Shown piece after piece: positions 10,001 to 20,400 of a stretch of 64,000 nt of DNA; positions within the stretch are counted from its first letter, which is position 1; each line of letters starts with the position of its first letter. A program made the translations under genes and the position numbers. The notes under the pieces were generated by a model, which was given only the letters and a program-made list of their open reading frames with translations, made no database searches and was not told the origin of the DNA. Location: positions 186,001 through 250,000 of the IMG/VR virus record IMGVR_UViG_3300032236_000747, one strand, 5' to 3'.

Positions 10001-12075
10001 ATTGCGGCTGTAATAACGTAGCGATTGGTGCTTATTCTCAGGTATGTACCTGCAACGGATATGGTAACGTTTCGTTTGGAACTCAATCATTACAGTGCAA
10101 TACCAGTGGTAACTATAACATTGCTGTTGGGTATAGCGCATTGCAAGGTAACATTACTGGCTGTAATAACATTGCGATGGGATATAAATCACTGTATAAC
10201 AACTGCTTTGGAAACGATAACTTTGCCGTTGGATATCAAGCACTATATGGTAATACCTACGGAAGTAGAAATATTTCTATAGGATGTATGGTGTTGAAAG
10301 CAAATTGTCACGGCTGTGAGAATATAGGCCTCGGATCAATGGCGCTGTATCAGAACACCAATGGATGTGGTAATATTGCAATCGGTTGCAATGCGCTATG
10401 CATGAATTATTACGGTAACAGTAATATAGCTATTGGTTACGGTGCTAGTGGATGTAATACCGGTGGCACCTGTAATATCGCAATAGGAAACCGTGCTCTT
10501 CTAAATAACGCCACTGGCGGTCAAAACATAGCAATAGGCTATGGTGCTGGCTGTTGTATTTTAGGCGGAAATAACAACATAATATTTGGTAACTACGGCG
10601 GTTCTGCAAACCTATCATGTACATTTGCTGTAACAGCAGGTACATGCGAAAGAATAAAAGTTAACGATAATGGATTATATGTTAACGGCTCGGCGTTTAA
10701 AGTTGGGTTAAATTCTTGTAACAGTATATACCTACAGGGAACAAGTCCGATTGTTTGCAATACTGGTGTAACAACAACTGTAACTGCTGCTAACTACAGC
10801 GGTAGTAACGGAGCAAGATTACCTACTAGCTCTGCACTAAGTTTTGGTTCGGGCAACTTTACCGTTGAATTCTGGATTTGCGCCCAATCAGCTCAATCAA
10901 CATATGCTACTGTTGCTGATGCCAGCACAAACAATACTGCAATCGGTATCGGAGTTGGAATTAACAACGGAGGTACTGCCGGCAAACTAAGTTTTGTACC
11001 TCAAGGTTCTGCATACGGAACCTTGAACAGTACTACAACAGTAACCGACAGTACCTGGAGACACGTAGCTGTTGTTAAGTCGGGATCAAATGGTTATATA
11101 TTCATCAACGGTGTATTAGAAGCTAGTACTGCCGGTTGGGGCAGCGTAACAGCAGCAACGCTAAGTGACGGCCAAATTGGTAGATCTAGATTTGGTACTG
11201 GTACTGGTGTTGACAACACACTTATTGGTAAAATAGCATATTTTAGAGTATCTAATATTGCAAGATATACAGCAGCGTTTACTCGTCCGTCGTTTGTTCC
11301 TCTATCATCTGATGCTAATACCGCACTATTAATGAACGTAGTAAACAGCGGAAGTATTCTAACAGACAGTAGCTCGAACGCACTTAGCATAACTGGTAAT
11401 ACTAGTCCGACATTTGCTACTGAGAGTGCTACAATAGGTGCATCTTCATCAGGCGGAACTGCTTATACTAGTTTTTCTACAGGAACCAACGATATAGCTA
11501 TAGGCGCAGGCGCACTAGTATCAGCTACATCTGGTTCTAATAATATAGCTATAGGTCGTACTGCAGGTTATTTCATAACAACCGGATCAAATAACACTAT
11601 TATTGGTGCACTAGCTGGTACATCTACGTTGTACAGCACGGTATTAATAGGAGCAGATTCTGCAGAACGTATAAAAGTAAACAGTTCTGGACTATATATC
11701 AATGGAACATCAACTGACCCTATTGTATTAAATGATATTAGTTCCGGGTTTGATGGAGTAACAACTGTGTTTAATCTCCTGCAGGATCAGACCTCTATAA
11801 ATACAATCGTTGATTCAAAAGATTTAGAAGTTGTAGTTAACGGGAACAGATTGACACCGTATGTTGACCTAGCAACATATCCGTGGTTAACACCCTATGA
11901 TGTACAACCAAAGGCATTTAGAGTGAAAACCAGTACCAGCACATCGCAAGTTGTAATATATAACGCACCTAACCCAGGTGATAGTGCGTTCATGATGGTA
12001 CGAGGTCTAGTATCTACTGCTAGACAAAAGAAAAAATACCCGTATTCAGCGACTACAATCGCATTTGGAGATTAA
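4078..12075 (+). CDS. Giant Cys-rich tail fibre/adhesin-like repeat protein with a LamG/concanavalin-A-like domain
   Basis: 2665 aa. Dozens of ~17-aa N-[ITVF]-A-[ILV]-G-x-x-A-L-x-x-N-T-T-G repeats, reminiscent of trimeric adhesin head repeats. LamG-like motifs (NFTVEFW, WRHVAVVKSG, IFINGV, FRVSNIARY) at about 10810-11340. Confidence 0.8.
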   Translation: MSIAESLSFFLSTATTTATIFTYSPESILNPAASTSTNTGALTVVGGVGVGGSIYAGNIYSNGTLITSGGSGTTATNTASGLLIGYTNTATYNAGLGYQSGNLTMTGANNLAIGRCALCINTTGTNNTALGYGALYCNTYGNNNFAIGYNVLKCNTTGFNNIAIGCNALCGNTTGQMNIAFGTCAGGSGSYNFAAGCNAMYSANGNSNIGIGPFALTIVSGSYNVALGPYTMQSASSACNNFAAGFRSQQCVTTGCNNFSQGLCALYGNTTGCNNFAVGYQSMGCTNGGSNNIAIGQCTLRANITGSFNIALGCGALQSNTASNNIAVGYQTLYCNTAGTYNIALGYNVLYNNSVGCGNFAGGTSALYSNTTGCNNFAVGNLSQYSSTVGCNNISVGFDSLFSNISGSNNIALGYFTLFCSTASNNIAIGGSSLRYASYGANNIALGCNTLYCNSTGCNNLALGICALYCNTGSNNIALGTSAGSSLAIACNNVIIGGYGAVNFANSNSNIILATGAGVVQQLHNAQGAVSFGSTSSFGAAGQVLLSNGPSAPPTWVNTSSLGLGGGGGGAGASLNTYCSLIIQGATAGSSTGLNNFAVGCCALFANTTGVNNVALGIYTLKLNTYGSNNFAAGCVALCANTSGCHNVAIGFGALTANLTGSNNTAIGCGALRSNTSACHNTAIGCQALACNTIGGNNTAIGATALKCTSTGCNNIGIGYAALTSNVTGCSNIGMGYGALYSNITGSQNIALGQSTLCCSLTGNNNTAIGQNAGCAIIGGSNNTIIGGYGAVNFANSNSNIIIATGTGTVQQLHNAQGAVSFGSTSSFGTAGQVLCSQGPSLPPVWATVSAGGGSSATSISLGTVYAYTPSALGNSNLGYLAGNSTMTGCNNISIGCCANCSLTSACHTIAIGGYALKSGTTGYGNIAIGYSSGCLTNGGLNNVAVGACALRCNITGNQSIAIGGGALNCSTANYNVAVGSCAATNTTGANNTAIGHSALSQSATSCSAVAVGFCASYANFLFRGVAIGAYAMAQGVGRSFNNVAIGYGAMCNNTTGSQNTALGTRALAANTCGCGNFATGYQALVSNTYGNNNIAFGYGAVCSNTSGCNNIGVGVCSLYLSLTGNNNIALGACSGNCITTGSNNVIVGSYGAANFANSNSNIILATGAGVVQQLFNATGAVSFGSTSSFGTAGQVLSSQGPGLPPAWAAASGGSAIPIATATTLGLVYAFTTATCFNTSLGYSAGNNTMTGTYNVAIGYRALIANTTGCGNIAAGYQALCTNTIGGNNIAFGGRALQCNLTGNYNIALGYGALLQNTCGVQNIAIGQSALNTNQLGCSNIALGCRALGFSTTSFNIAIGSFSLACNITGSCNVGIGYGTLYGNLAGNGNFAAGYKALYANTVGNYNVAIGFCALKVNTSGANNTAIGLYALTCNTTGCSNIAIGPYALYCNITGSQNISIGCCALLCNSGGSSNIAIGVLALYCNTTGLANIAIGCGALRSNSAGQNNIALGSASLYGNTFGTNNIAFGNRALNINTYGCGNIAMGACSLRCNITGTNNIAQGCGTLFCNTCGCGNIAQGYSALRCNTYGNHNTAVGYAALNNNSTGNNNIAFGYCALYGNSTGSNNFAAGCLSLFCNSSGQNNIAVGFCTLFCNVSGNCNIALGYTALRNNQGGTNNTAIGSGALSNNTIGNENVAFGWMAMGCNVLGTGNIALGSCAIGLGTAGCQNIAMGQAALYYNLCGGYNIAVGQASLRCNTYGNHNVALGYGTMTIGTCGNCNVAIGRCALSTNTCGSSNVAVGAGALLASPCSFGNIAVGYNAAYCQGSIGNVAMGYGAMQYGICGCQNIAIGFAAMKQCATSGYAPINGNQCIINPGSGWTAYAMNPSTVLVANYGGFQPSICNVLVSIDPFGSLMQVCSPVPLVAGCFYFVQGNPCIGYGSTANICASYGFASSPRHGGCLNIAIGTCSMMAVDCGCNNVAIGAYSQVCTCNGYGNVSFGTQSLQCNTSGNYNIAVGYSALQGNITGCNNIAMGYKSLYNNCFGNDNFAVGYQALYGNTYGSRNISIGCMVLKANCHGCENIGLGSMALYQNTNGCGNIAIGCNALCMNYYGNSNIAIGYGASGCNTGGTCNIAIGNRALLNNATGGQNIAIGYGAGCCILGGNNNIIFGNYGGSANLSCTFAVTAGTCERIKVNDNGLYVNGSAFKVGLNSCNSIYLQGTSPIVCNTGVTTTVTAANYSGSNGARLPTSSALSFGSGNFTVEFWICAQSAQSTYATVADASTNNTAIGIGVGINNGGTAGKLSFVPQGSAYGTLNSTTTVTDSTWRHVAVVKSGSNGYIFINGVLEASTAGWGSVTAATLSDGQIGRSRFGTGTGVDNTLIGKIAYFRVSNIARYTAAFTRPSFVPLSSDANTALLMNVVNSGSILTDSSSNALSITGNTSPTFATESATIGASSSGGTAYTSFSTGTNDIAIGAGALVSATSGSNNIAIGRTAGYFITTGSNNTIIGALAGTSTLYSTVLIGADSAERIKVNSSGLYINGTSTDPIVLNDISSGFDGVTTVFNLLQDQTSINTIVDSKDLEVVVNGNRLTPYVDLATYPWLTPYDVQPKAFRVKTSTSTSQVVIYNAPNPGDSAFMMVRGLVSTARQKKKYPYSATTIAFGD
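5560..7700 (+). repeat. Three copies of a ~170-190 bp linker module inside the giant fibre gene (about 5560-5745, 6430-6620, 7515-7700)
   Basis: Each copy encodes G-x-YGA-x-NFANSNSNII-x-ATG-x-G-x-VQQL-x-NA-x-GAVSFGSTSSFG-x-AGQVL...GP...PP-x-W. Copies 1 and 2 share long stretches of identical DNA. Confidence 0.85.
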
Positions 12076-12081
12076 AATAAA

Positions 12082-14919
12082 ATGGCAAAACACGTAATAT
12101 TAGAAAGCTATACCTTTACCCCGTCTACTAAGACCGTGGTTATCACAGGTAAAAACATTAGAAGAGAGCAGTTATTATTGATCACTAACGTTACCAGCAA
12201 CGTAGTTATCTATAACTTTTCAGACGCATCAGTTGGCGCCGCTTCTTACACTAACGCAGCTGATTCAATAACTGGTCAAGAAACAACTACCATTGTATTA
12301 AGTTATAACACAGCAGCTATGAGTGCCAGTGATAAGTTATCTATACTAGTTGAAGAAACTTATACTGAAATTATTCCTTCAGAAACTATGCGTGATCCAG
12401 TTGATAAACTACGTGTATCAACTCCACAAGCATTAATTGATACTGACTTTGAATACGGTACACAACCTACTAAATGGGAAGGTCTAAGTTTACTATCAAA
12501 TCGTCCGGGCACGTTCTATGATGTTACTACGCCAATCTCCAATACAACAATCACTAACATCACAGCGGCCGGCAGAGCTATTACAGTTACTCTAAACAAT
12601 ACCTCAATGGTATCAGTAGGACAACCGATCTTTATTATTGGTTCATTGGATACAGGTAACGTAGACGGATGGTGGGTTGTTGACAGTATTGTAGCTAACA
12701 CTAGCTTTACGTTCACTTCAACTAACATAGCGGCAACAAGTTTATTTGACGTACAAAAAACGTATGTATATCCTGCTAGTTTCTTTACAGGTGCCGGTAT
12801 TGGTGTTTCAAGTATTACTGTACTTAATAATACAGCAACAGTGACTACCTCGTTGCCACACGCACTTAACGTAGGCGACGGAATATATATTATAGGTACT
12901 ACTGGTGTAACAGGTCTCAACGGTTCATGGACAGTTGCTTCAACTCCTTATAACAACGTGTTTACCTATGTTGCTAGTCAGACACTGACAGGAACACCTA
13001 CATTAGCCAATGGACCTAACCAAACATTGTATCCAAGATCGTTGGGCTATATTCAACATAGAGCCTTTGACGGCGGAGTTCAGTTTAGTAACGTAACTCC
13101 TTATCATGGATATCAACTTGTACGTCAAACACGTCGTCAGTTCCGCTATCAATCGGGTAAAGGTATTCAGTTCTCAACTGGTAGTATCTTAAAACCAACA
13201 GTGAACCCAGATAGAATTACTAGTTCAGGTCAGGTAGTAACTGTGACAACAAAATATCCACATGGTCTATTACCTGGCGGTGTTATTAAAGTCAGCGGAG
13301 CCAACGAAACTGCATATAACGGTACGTTTACTGTAGTTTCTTCACCTTCGCCTACATCTTTTACCTATACAGCAGCTACTTCTCCTAGTGCTAGCCCTGC
13401 TACTGGATTCCCTATTACCATAAGTCCATTCAGCTGGTACGGTGGTAAGAACCGTGTAGGCATGTTTGATAGTCAAAACGGATTCTTCTTTGAATATGAC
13501 GGACAAACACTTTATGCCGTTAAACGCTCAAGCACCACACAGATTTCTGGTAACAGTCAAACTAGTCCATTAGGTTACATCGTAACTGGTACAAATACTA
13601 GATACAGTCAAGAACTTAAACCAGGTGACAACATTGTTATCCGTGGTATGACATATCTAGTAACAGGTATTATGAGCGATACTACAATGGCTATTAACCC
13701 TGAATACAGAGGTATGAATGCTACTACTGCTACAGTTATTAGTAAAACCATAGATCAACGTTATCCACAGAGTTCTTGGAACATTGACAAAATGGACGGA
13801 ACTGGTCAAAGTTTAATGAACCTTGACTTAAATAAAATGCAGATGTTCTACGCTGACTTTACATGGTATGGTGCTGGCGCTATACGTTTTGGCTTTAAAG
13901 ATAACCGTGGCCAAGTTATATACGCACATCGTATTCCAAACAACAACGTTAACACTGAAGCATATATGAGAAGCGGTAACTTAGTAGCACGCTATGAAAC
14001 AAACTCTATACCTCCAACTACGTATCTAACAGCTACCCTAGCTCAAGCAGCTACTACAGGTGCTGCTATCTATGTAGCTGATGCTAGTTTGTTCCCAAGT
14101 ACAGGTACTGTAGTAGTTACACAAACCGGTACTAGTTTTGCTTCTGTTGAATACATTAACTATTCTGCTAAAACAACTTCTACACTAACTATTTCCAGTC
14201 GTAACACATTTGGTGGTACGGGTACTGCGGCACAGTTTACACTAGTAGGAACATCGTCAACATTCCCAGGCGGAACAGCACCAACTATGGTCACATTGTT
14301 TAGCCCACAACAGGCTAGTTCTATTAGCCACTGGGGTTCAAGTGTTATCATGGACGGACGTTACGACGATGATAAATCACTAGTGTTTAACGTAGGTCAA
14401 AATACTCCATTTACCAACCTAACACAAAACGTTCGTGTTCCATTGTTGAGTATTCGTATTGCTCCAACAGTTGATAACGGTAGTATTGGATTGTTGGGTT
14501 ACAGAGAAATCATGAACCGTATGCAGTTAACACTACGTCAAATGGACGCCTATACAACAGGTACCGCTTTCCGTATAGAACTAGTATTGAACGGTCGTCC
14601 AACTCAGGGCGTGTGGCAAAACGTTGGTGGATCAAGTCTAGCACAGGTAGCATATCACTCAGGTGCTGGTACTATCTTGGGCGGTGAATCAGTATTTGGA
14701 TTCTTTACCAACATAGCAGCAGCAACATCACAAGACTTGTCACAGGTCCGAGACATTGGAACTAGTATTCTAAGTGGCGGAACTAGTACTAACGTAAGTA
14801 CCACAGTTAATAACGTATATCCAGATGGTCCGGACGTATTGACACTGTGCGCTACGGCTGTACAAAGTAGCAGTAACCAAATCTTTGCTCGTATAAGTTG
14901 GACAGAAGCTCAGGCTTAA
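12082..14919 (+). CDS. Large beta-rich virion structural protein; paralog of 787..3993
   Basis: 945 aa with the same conserved blocks and the same MAK start and EAQA end as 787..3993. Confidence 0.7.
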   Translation: MAKHVILESYTFTPSTKTVVITGKNIRREQLLLITNVTSNVVIYNFSDASVGAASYTNAADSITGQETTTIVLSYNTAAMSASDKLSILVEETYTEIIPSETMRDPVDKLRVSTPQALIDTDFEYGTQPTKWEGLSLLSNRPGTFYDVTTPISNTTITNITAAGRAITVTLNNTSMVSVGQPIFIIGSLDTGNVDGWWVVDSIVANTSFTFTSTNIAATSLFDVQKTYVYPASFFTGAGIGVSSITVLNNTATVTTSLPHALNVGDGIYIIGTTGVTGLNGSWTVASTPYNNVFTYVASQTLTGTPTLANGPNQTLYPRSLGYIQHRAFDGGVQFSNVTPYHGYQLVRQTRRQFRYQSGKGIQFSTGSILKPTVNPDRITSSGQVVTVTTKYPHGLLPGGVIKVSGANETAYNGTFTVVSSPSPTSFTYTAATSPSASPATGFPITISPFSWYGGKNRVGMFDSQNGFFFEYDGQTLYAVKRSSTTQISGNSQTSPLGYIVTGTNTRYSQELKPGDNIVIRGMTYLVTGIMSDTTMAINPEYRGMNATTATVISKTIDQRYPQSSWNIDKMDGTGQSLMNLDLNKMQMFYADFTWYGAGAIRFGFKDNRGQVIYAHRIPNNNVNTEAYMRSGNLVARYETNSIPPTTYLTATLAQAATTGAAIYVADASLFPSTGTVVVTQTGTSFASVEYINYSAKTTSTLTISSRNTFGGTGTAAQFTLVGTSSTFPGGTAPTMVTLFSPQQASSISHWGSSVIMDGRYDDDKSLVFNVGQNTPFTNLTQNVRVPLLSIRIAPTVDNGSIGLLGYREIMNRMQLTLRQMDAYTTGTAFRIELVLNGRPTQGVWQNVGGSSLAQVAYHSGAGTILGGESVFGFFTNIAAATSQDLSQVRDIGTSILSGGTSTNVSTTVNNVYPDGPDVLTLCATAVQSSSNQIFARISWTEAQA

Positions 14920-14932
14920 TAGGAGACCACTA

Positions 14933-17440
14933 GTGTCATCAAGAAATAGTGTTCAGCATTTTATATCAACTACTGAACCCAATAACGTACAGTTAGGTGA
15001 CGAGTGGTTAAATCCCACAACCGGTATTCTATACAAACGAACACTGGTCAATGGATCTGTTGCCTGGGCAGCTACCGGTCAAACTAACTCTAGTAATGTT
15101 ACATTGTTTAGTGGCGGTCAGTCTGGTCAAGTACTGCAGATAGTCAATAATACACCTACCTGGGTTAATACCAGTACTTTGATAGCGGTTGCTAGTAGTG
15201 GCGGCGGCGCAAGTTTAAATGCCAGCTGTTCTTTGATTATTAACGTATTTAATGCTGGTTCCGGTCCGGATAATATAGCAATAGGAGCCTATGCCCTTTG
15301 CTCAACTACTGCTGGCTGCAATATTGCACTTGGTCGTTCAGCACTGTTATCTAATACTACAGGTGTTTATAATTTTGCTGCCGGAGTCAACACTCTCGGA
15401 AGTAATACTTACGGTAATCATAATGTAGCCATTGGCGGAACAGCTCTTTACTCTAATACCAGCGGTGGATGTAATATTGCCATTGGCGTAAACACACTTT
15501 TTAAAAATACTAGCGGTTTTAATAATTTTGCTGCTGGCAGTAATGCGTTAACGTGTAATACTACAGGAAATAATAACACAGCTATTGGGTATTATGGACT
15601 GAAAAGTAACACCTATGGTATCAATAATACAGCGATCGGTTGCGGTGCACTCTGCTGCAATATTTCAGGTAATAGCAATACTGCTATTGGTTTTTATGCG
15701 TTAAGCAGAAGTAAAACATCAAATAATAACGTAGCAATCGGTTATTGTGCTTTATATTCGTTCAACGGCGGCGCAAGCTATGGAGGTTGTAATATTGCCA
15801 TAGGCACAGGTACCATGGCTTTAATAACATCTGGTTGTAATAATATTGCCATGGGCAATAATGCATTATGTTCCTCTCTTCTTAACGCCACATTTAATGT
15901 TGCTATTGGTAATAATGCAATGTCTACTACCTGTCTTTCTGACAGCAACGTAGCAATAGGACCTAGTGCTCTTAGGGGGGTTGTGGGAGTATGTAACGTT
16001 GCGTGTGATAGTGTTGCGATTGGTTCAGGTGCTTTAGGCTCTAGTGCTTGTTCTAAGTACGACGTAGCCATGGGCTATTCACCACTTAGTCAAAATACTG
16101 GTACAGGTAATGTTGCTATAGGACAGTTTGCTATGTATGCTAGTCTGTCGGCCTGCCACAGTATTGCAATCGGTAGTAATGCGTTAAGCTGTGCCTGTTG
16201 TGCTAACCTTAACATAGCACTAGGGTGCTATGCTCTAGCATGTTCATTATCGGGTACACAAAATATCGCAATCGGATCTACTGCTGCTTGCGCACTTGCT
16301 CAAGGCTACGGTAACGTGGCTATCGGATGTTGTGCTCTAGGTTTTTCAAATGTCGGATGTGATAATGTGTTCATTGGTCGAAATACTGGCCGAGGATCAA
16401 ACACTACCAGCAGCGCCGGCGTTCATAATCTGGCATTAGGTTATGGTGCATTAGTTAATAATAATGCTAATAGTTATAATATAGCCATGGGGTATCAAAG
16501 TCAGTATTGTGCTTCAAGCACATGTCAGAACATATCATTGGGTCGTTTATCAATGACGTGTGCGCTCACTGGCGCTAACAATATTGCCATTGGTTATTGT
16601 TCACTCTTTGCAAACTGCGGTCCTAATAACGTTGCCTTGGGATATGGCACAAACCCTGCCGGCGGAACTGGTAATATTTCTATAGGTAGCTATGCTAACT
16701 CTAACGTAAATGGAAACTACAATATAGCAATCGGCACATGTGCAAGCCTTGGCTGTAGCCTAGGTGCGCTATCTGGGTGTCATAATACTACTATGGGATT
16801 TAAAGCAGGATCCCTGTTGTGTTCAGCAGCCGTGCATAATCTTGCCATCGGCTGTGGCGCATTATGTAGTGCTTGTTTATCTTGTTGTAATATTGCTCTA
16901 GGTAATGGTACACTAATGTCAACTACTACCGGTAACAACAATACCGCAGTTGGTTATTGCGCAGGAACAACCAATACCTACGGAAATAATAATACATTTA
17001 TAGGTAGTGGAGCGTTTGGTGCTAGTGCTACTAGTTGTAATGCTATTACACTGGGTAATTCTAGTATTACCACAATTCGTGCTCAGGTAACTACCATTAC
17101 AGCACTATCAGATTGTCGTGATAAAACTAATATCTGCGGATTACCTATTGGACTTGATTTTATTCGTGCACTGCGTCCAGTTAAGTTTGACTGGAATATG
17201 CGAGATGGCGCCAAGGTAGGAATACCAGAAGCTGGATTTATTGCTCAAGAACTAGATGAAGTACAAACTAGATTTACAGCAACTGACTACCTAAACTTAA
17301 TCTTAAAAGAAAATACAGAACGATTAGAAGCTACTCCTGGTAAACTGTTACCAGTATTAGTAAAAGCAGTACAAGAACTAGCTCAAGAAAATGAAGATTT
17401 AAGATCTAGGATTGAAATCTTAGAAGGGAAAATAGTATAA
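14933..17440 (+). CDS. Cys-rich tail fibre with a C-terminal intramolecular chaperone (peptidase S74)
   Basis: GTG start after AGGAG. N-x-A-I-G repeats. The C-terminus has SDCRDKTNI...LRPVKFDW...GFIAQE...LVKAVQEL followed by a coiled coil. Confidence 0.85.
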   Translation: MSSRNSVQHFISTTEPNNVQLGDEWLNPTTGILYKRTLVNGSVAWAATGQTNSSNVTLFSGGQSGQVLQIVNNTPTWVNTSTLIAVASSGGGASLNASCSLIINVFNAGSGPDNIAIGAYALCSTTAGCNIALGRSALLSNTTGVYNFAAGVNTLGSNTYGNHNVAIGGTALYSNTSGGCNIAIGVNTLFKNTSGFNNFAAGSNALTCNTTGNNNTAIGYYGLKSNTYGINNTAIGCGALCCNISGNSNTAIGFYALSRSKTSNNNVAIGYCALYSFNGGASYGGCNIAIGTGTMALITSGCNNIAMGNNALCSSLLNATFNVAIGNNAMSTTCLSDSNVAIGPSALRGVVGVCNVACDSVAIGSGALGSSACSKYDVAMGYSPLSQNTGTGNVAIGQFAMYASLSACHSIAIGSNALSCACCANLNIALGCYALACSLSGTQNIAIGSTAACALAQGYGNVAIGCCALGFSNVGCDNVFIGRNTGRGSNTTSSAGVHNLALGYGALVNNNANSYNIAMGYQSQYCASSTCQNISLGRLSMTCALTGANNIAIGYCSLFANCGPNNVALGYGTNPAGGTGNISIGSYANSNVNGNYNIAIGTCASLGCSLGALSGCHNTTMGFKAGSLLCSAAVHNLAIGCGALCSACLSCCNIALGNGTLMSTTTGNNNTAVGYCAGTTNTYGNNNTFIGSGAFGASATSCNAITLGNSSITTIRAQVTTITALSDCRDKTNICGLPIGLDFIRALRPVKFDWNMRDGAKVGIPEAGFIAQELDEVQTRFTATDYLNLILKENTERLEATPGKLLPVLVKAVQELAQENEDLRSRIEILEGKIV

Positions 17441-17441
17441 C

Positions 17442-20400
17442 ATGACCATAGCTTTTAACATAGCTACTTTATTAAGTAGCACAGCTACTCAAACTATTGG
17501 TACTGCTACAAATAGTGCTGTTTCTGTAAACTTATCAGGCGGCGCCGCTGGCTCTTTACCCTACCAAAGTGCTCCTAATGCCACTGTATTTTTATCCGTA
17601 GGCACTAATGGACAGGTATTGCAGTTAGTTAGCGGAGTTCCAACTTGGGTTAACACCAGTACATTAATAGCAGCCGGCGCTGGTGGTGGCGCCAGTTTAA
17701 ACGCTTATTGTTCATTGATTATTCAAGGAGCAACTGTTGGGTCTAGCACTGGTCTAAACAACTTTGCCGTTGGATGTTGTGCTCTATTTGCCAACACCAC
17801 AGGTTGTAATAATATTGCCTTAGGTTTTAACAGTCTTAACGGAAATACTACAGGTAGTAATAATATTGGAATGGGCTACGGTTCTTTAAAAAATAGTGCC
17901 ACCGGCGTATGTAACATTGCTATCGGCATTCAAGCCATGTTCTGTAACTGTGGATATAATAATATTGCCATGGGCCAGGCCCTGGGTAGTAATGGTGTTG
18001 GTTCTATCAATGTTGCTATAGGTAATTTTGTTTTAAGCACAGCAGGTCATTCCGGGTGTTATAATATAGGTATAGGTAGCAACGCTCTTCAAAATAACGT
18101 AAGTGGTTGTAGCAATATTGCTCTTGGTTTTGCCTCTCTAATACTTAATAATGGCGGAAGCAATAACGTTGCGTTAGGACTGTGCGCCCTTTATAATAAT
18201 ACAGCAAGTAACAACATAGCCATTGGCAGCAATGCGCTAGTCTTAAATACTGCCAGCCAATTCAATACTGCAATAGGCATAGGTGCTGCTGCTGGACACT
18301 CTATTTTACTTAACTGTAGTAAAGGATGTAATACAGCAATAGGTTATTGTGCTTATAACTGCGTTGGCGGTTATGGTAATACTGCTATAGGTTTCTGTGC
18401 TATGAGTACAGGCACTGGCATAAACTATAATAATGTGGCACTGGGATACAAAGCTATGTCCTGTGTAGGTTGCTCAGCTAGCAGTTTTGGCAACGGATAC
18501 AATGTAGGCATCGGATATGGTGCAATGTCAAAGAGTGGTAACCAGGCCAACGTGGGCATTGGTTACCTTGCCTTAAATGGCGGACCAGCAGCTATTCCTG
18601 CTGATTTAGTAACAAATGCGTGTAATGTTGCCATAGGTACAACAGCAATGTCGTGTTCTACCGCAAGTATACATAATGTAGCAATAGGCGCCAGTGCATT
18701 AAAGGCAACAAAATGTGGGTGTTTTAATGTTGGTGTAGGAACCTGTGCAGGATACGGCATTGGTTCTCCGGCTTGTTTGAATACTTTTTTAGGAGCTTAT
18801 GCCGGTGGTGCTGGCTTGATTACCGGATGCTATAATGTTGGCATCGGTGCATGTTCAATGTATGCTGGTTCTTTTGCGGCAGGTTGTTTCAATATAGGTA
18901 TTGGGGCATGTACACACCGATTCGCTGTTAGTCCAGTTAATACCATAGCTATTGGTCAAACGGCCATGGGCGGCTCGTTGTGTACTACAGTTGATAATAT
19001 TGCTATTGGCTCATTTTCTATGTTTGGTTGCGGAATAAGTTCCAGCGGCGCTTGTAATATCGCAATTGGTTTGAACTCGATGTATACAAACTGTGCTGGC
19101 TATGGTAACGTAGCTATTGGTGCTAATACCATGGTCGGAGCTCCTTTTACTGGTTACACAGCATGCCTTAACGTGGCTATAGGACATTGTGCTCTAAATA
19201 CTGTTACTACTGCGATATCTAATATCGCTATTGGAGCTACTGCTCTAAAATCTAATACCAGCGGCTGTTATAATACAGCTATCGGATTGTGCGCATTGTA
19301 TAGTAACACTACTGGTCTTAGTAACGTAGCAATAGGAGTTAATACCTTACTTGGTAATACATACGGTTATAATAACTTTGCCGTTGGTCCAAACGCTCTG
19401 CGTTGTAATATCACAGGATGTAATAACATTGCTATAGGATATAGCGCCCTTTATAATAGCACTAGTGCCTTTAATATTGCTATTGGGTGTGCTGCCATGT
19501 GCTGTAACACTATCGGTACCTATAATGTTGCCATAGGAGACGGAGCAATACAATGTAACAGTACCGGTAAACAAAATGTAGCCGTTGGTGGTATAGCAAT
19601 GAACAGTAATACCAGCGGCTACGGTAATACTGCTATAGGTTATACTGCTATGGCATGTAATACTACCGGTGCAAACAACGTCGGAGTTGGGCGATATGCT
19701 TTATATGCTAATACTACCGGAAGTAATAATGTCGGATTAGGTGTCGGCGCACTATGCGGTAACATTACCGGAAATGCTAACATTGCTATTGGATATGATG
19801 CCCTTTATCAAAGTACAGGCGGTAACTGTAATATTTCGCTAGGTTCCTTCTCAATGCAGTCTAATACCAATGGTAGCTTTAATGTAGCACTTGGGTATCA
19901 ATCGTTGAGCTCTAATACCAGCGGTTGTTATAACATTATTATGGGATTTAACGCAGGGTATGCTAACACTGCTGGAAACTATAATAGTGCTATTGGATAC
20001 CAAGCTCTTAATAAAAATACCACTGGCTCTAATAATGTTGCTATAGGACCTAGTGCTCTTTATGGAAATACAACAGGTCAGCATAATATTGCTTTAGGGT
20101 TTAATACTTTAGTAACAGCGGGTTATGGATACTATAATGTAGCAATAGGATGTCAAGCACTATATCTTAATACTACTGGATGTAATAACGTTGCTATTGG
20201 TGGAATGGCAGGATGTACTAATACTACAGGCGTTAATAACGTATTCATAGGCTGTAATGCCAACGGTCTTGCTGCTACTTGCTCAAACACTATTACACTA
20301 GGTAATTCCAGTATCGCTACTATCCGTGCTCAGGTCACTACTATTACCGCGCTATCAGATTGTAGAGATAAAACAAATATTTGCGGATTACCAATTGGAC

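Noticed and set aside
4400-10600. CRISPR-like or non-coding tandem array suggested by the 51-nt periodicity
   Set aside because: The periodicity comes from a degenerate 17-aa protein repeat within one open frame; there are no identical repeats with unique spacers.
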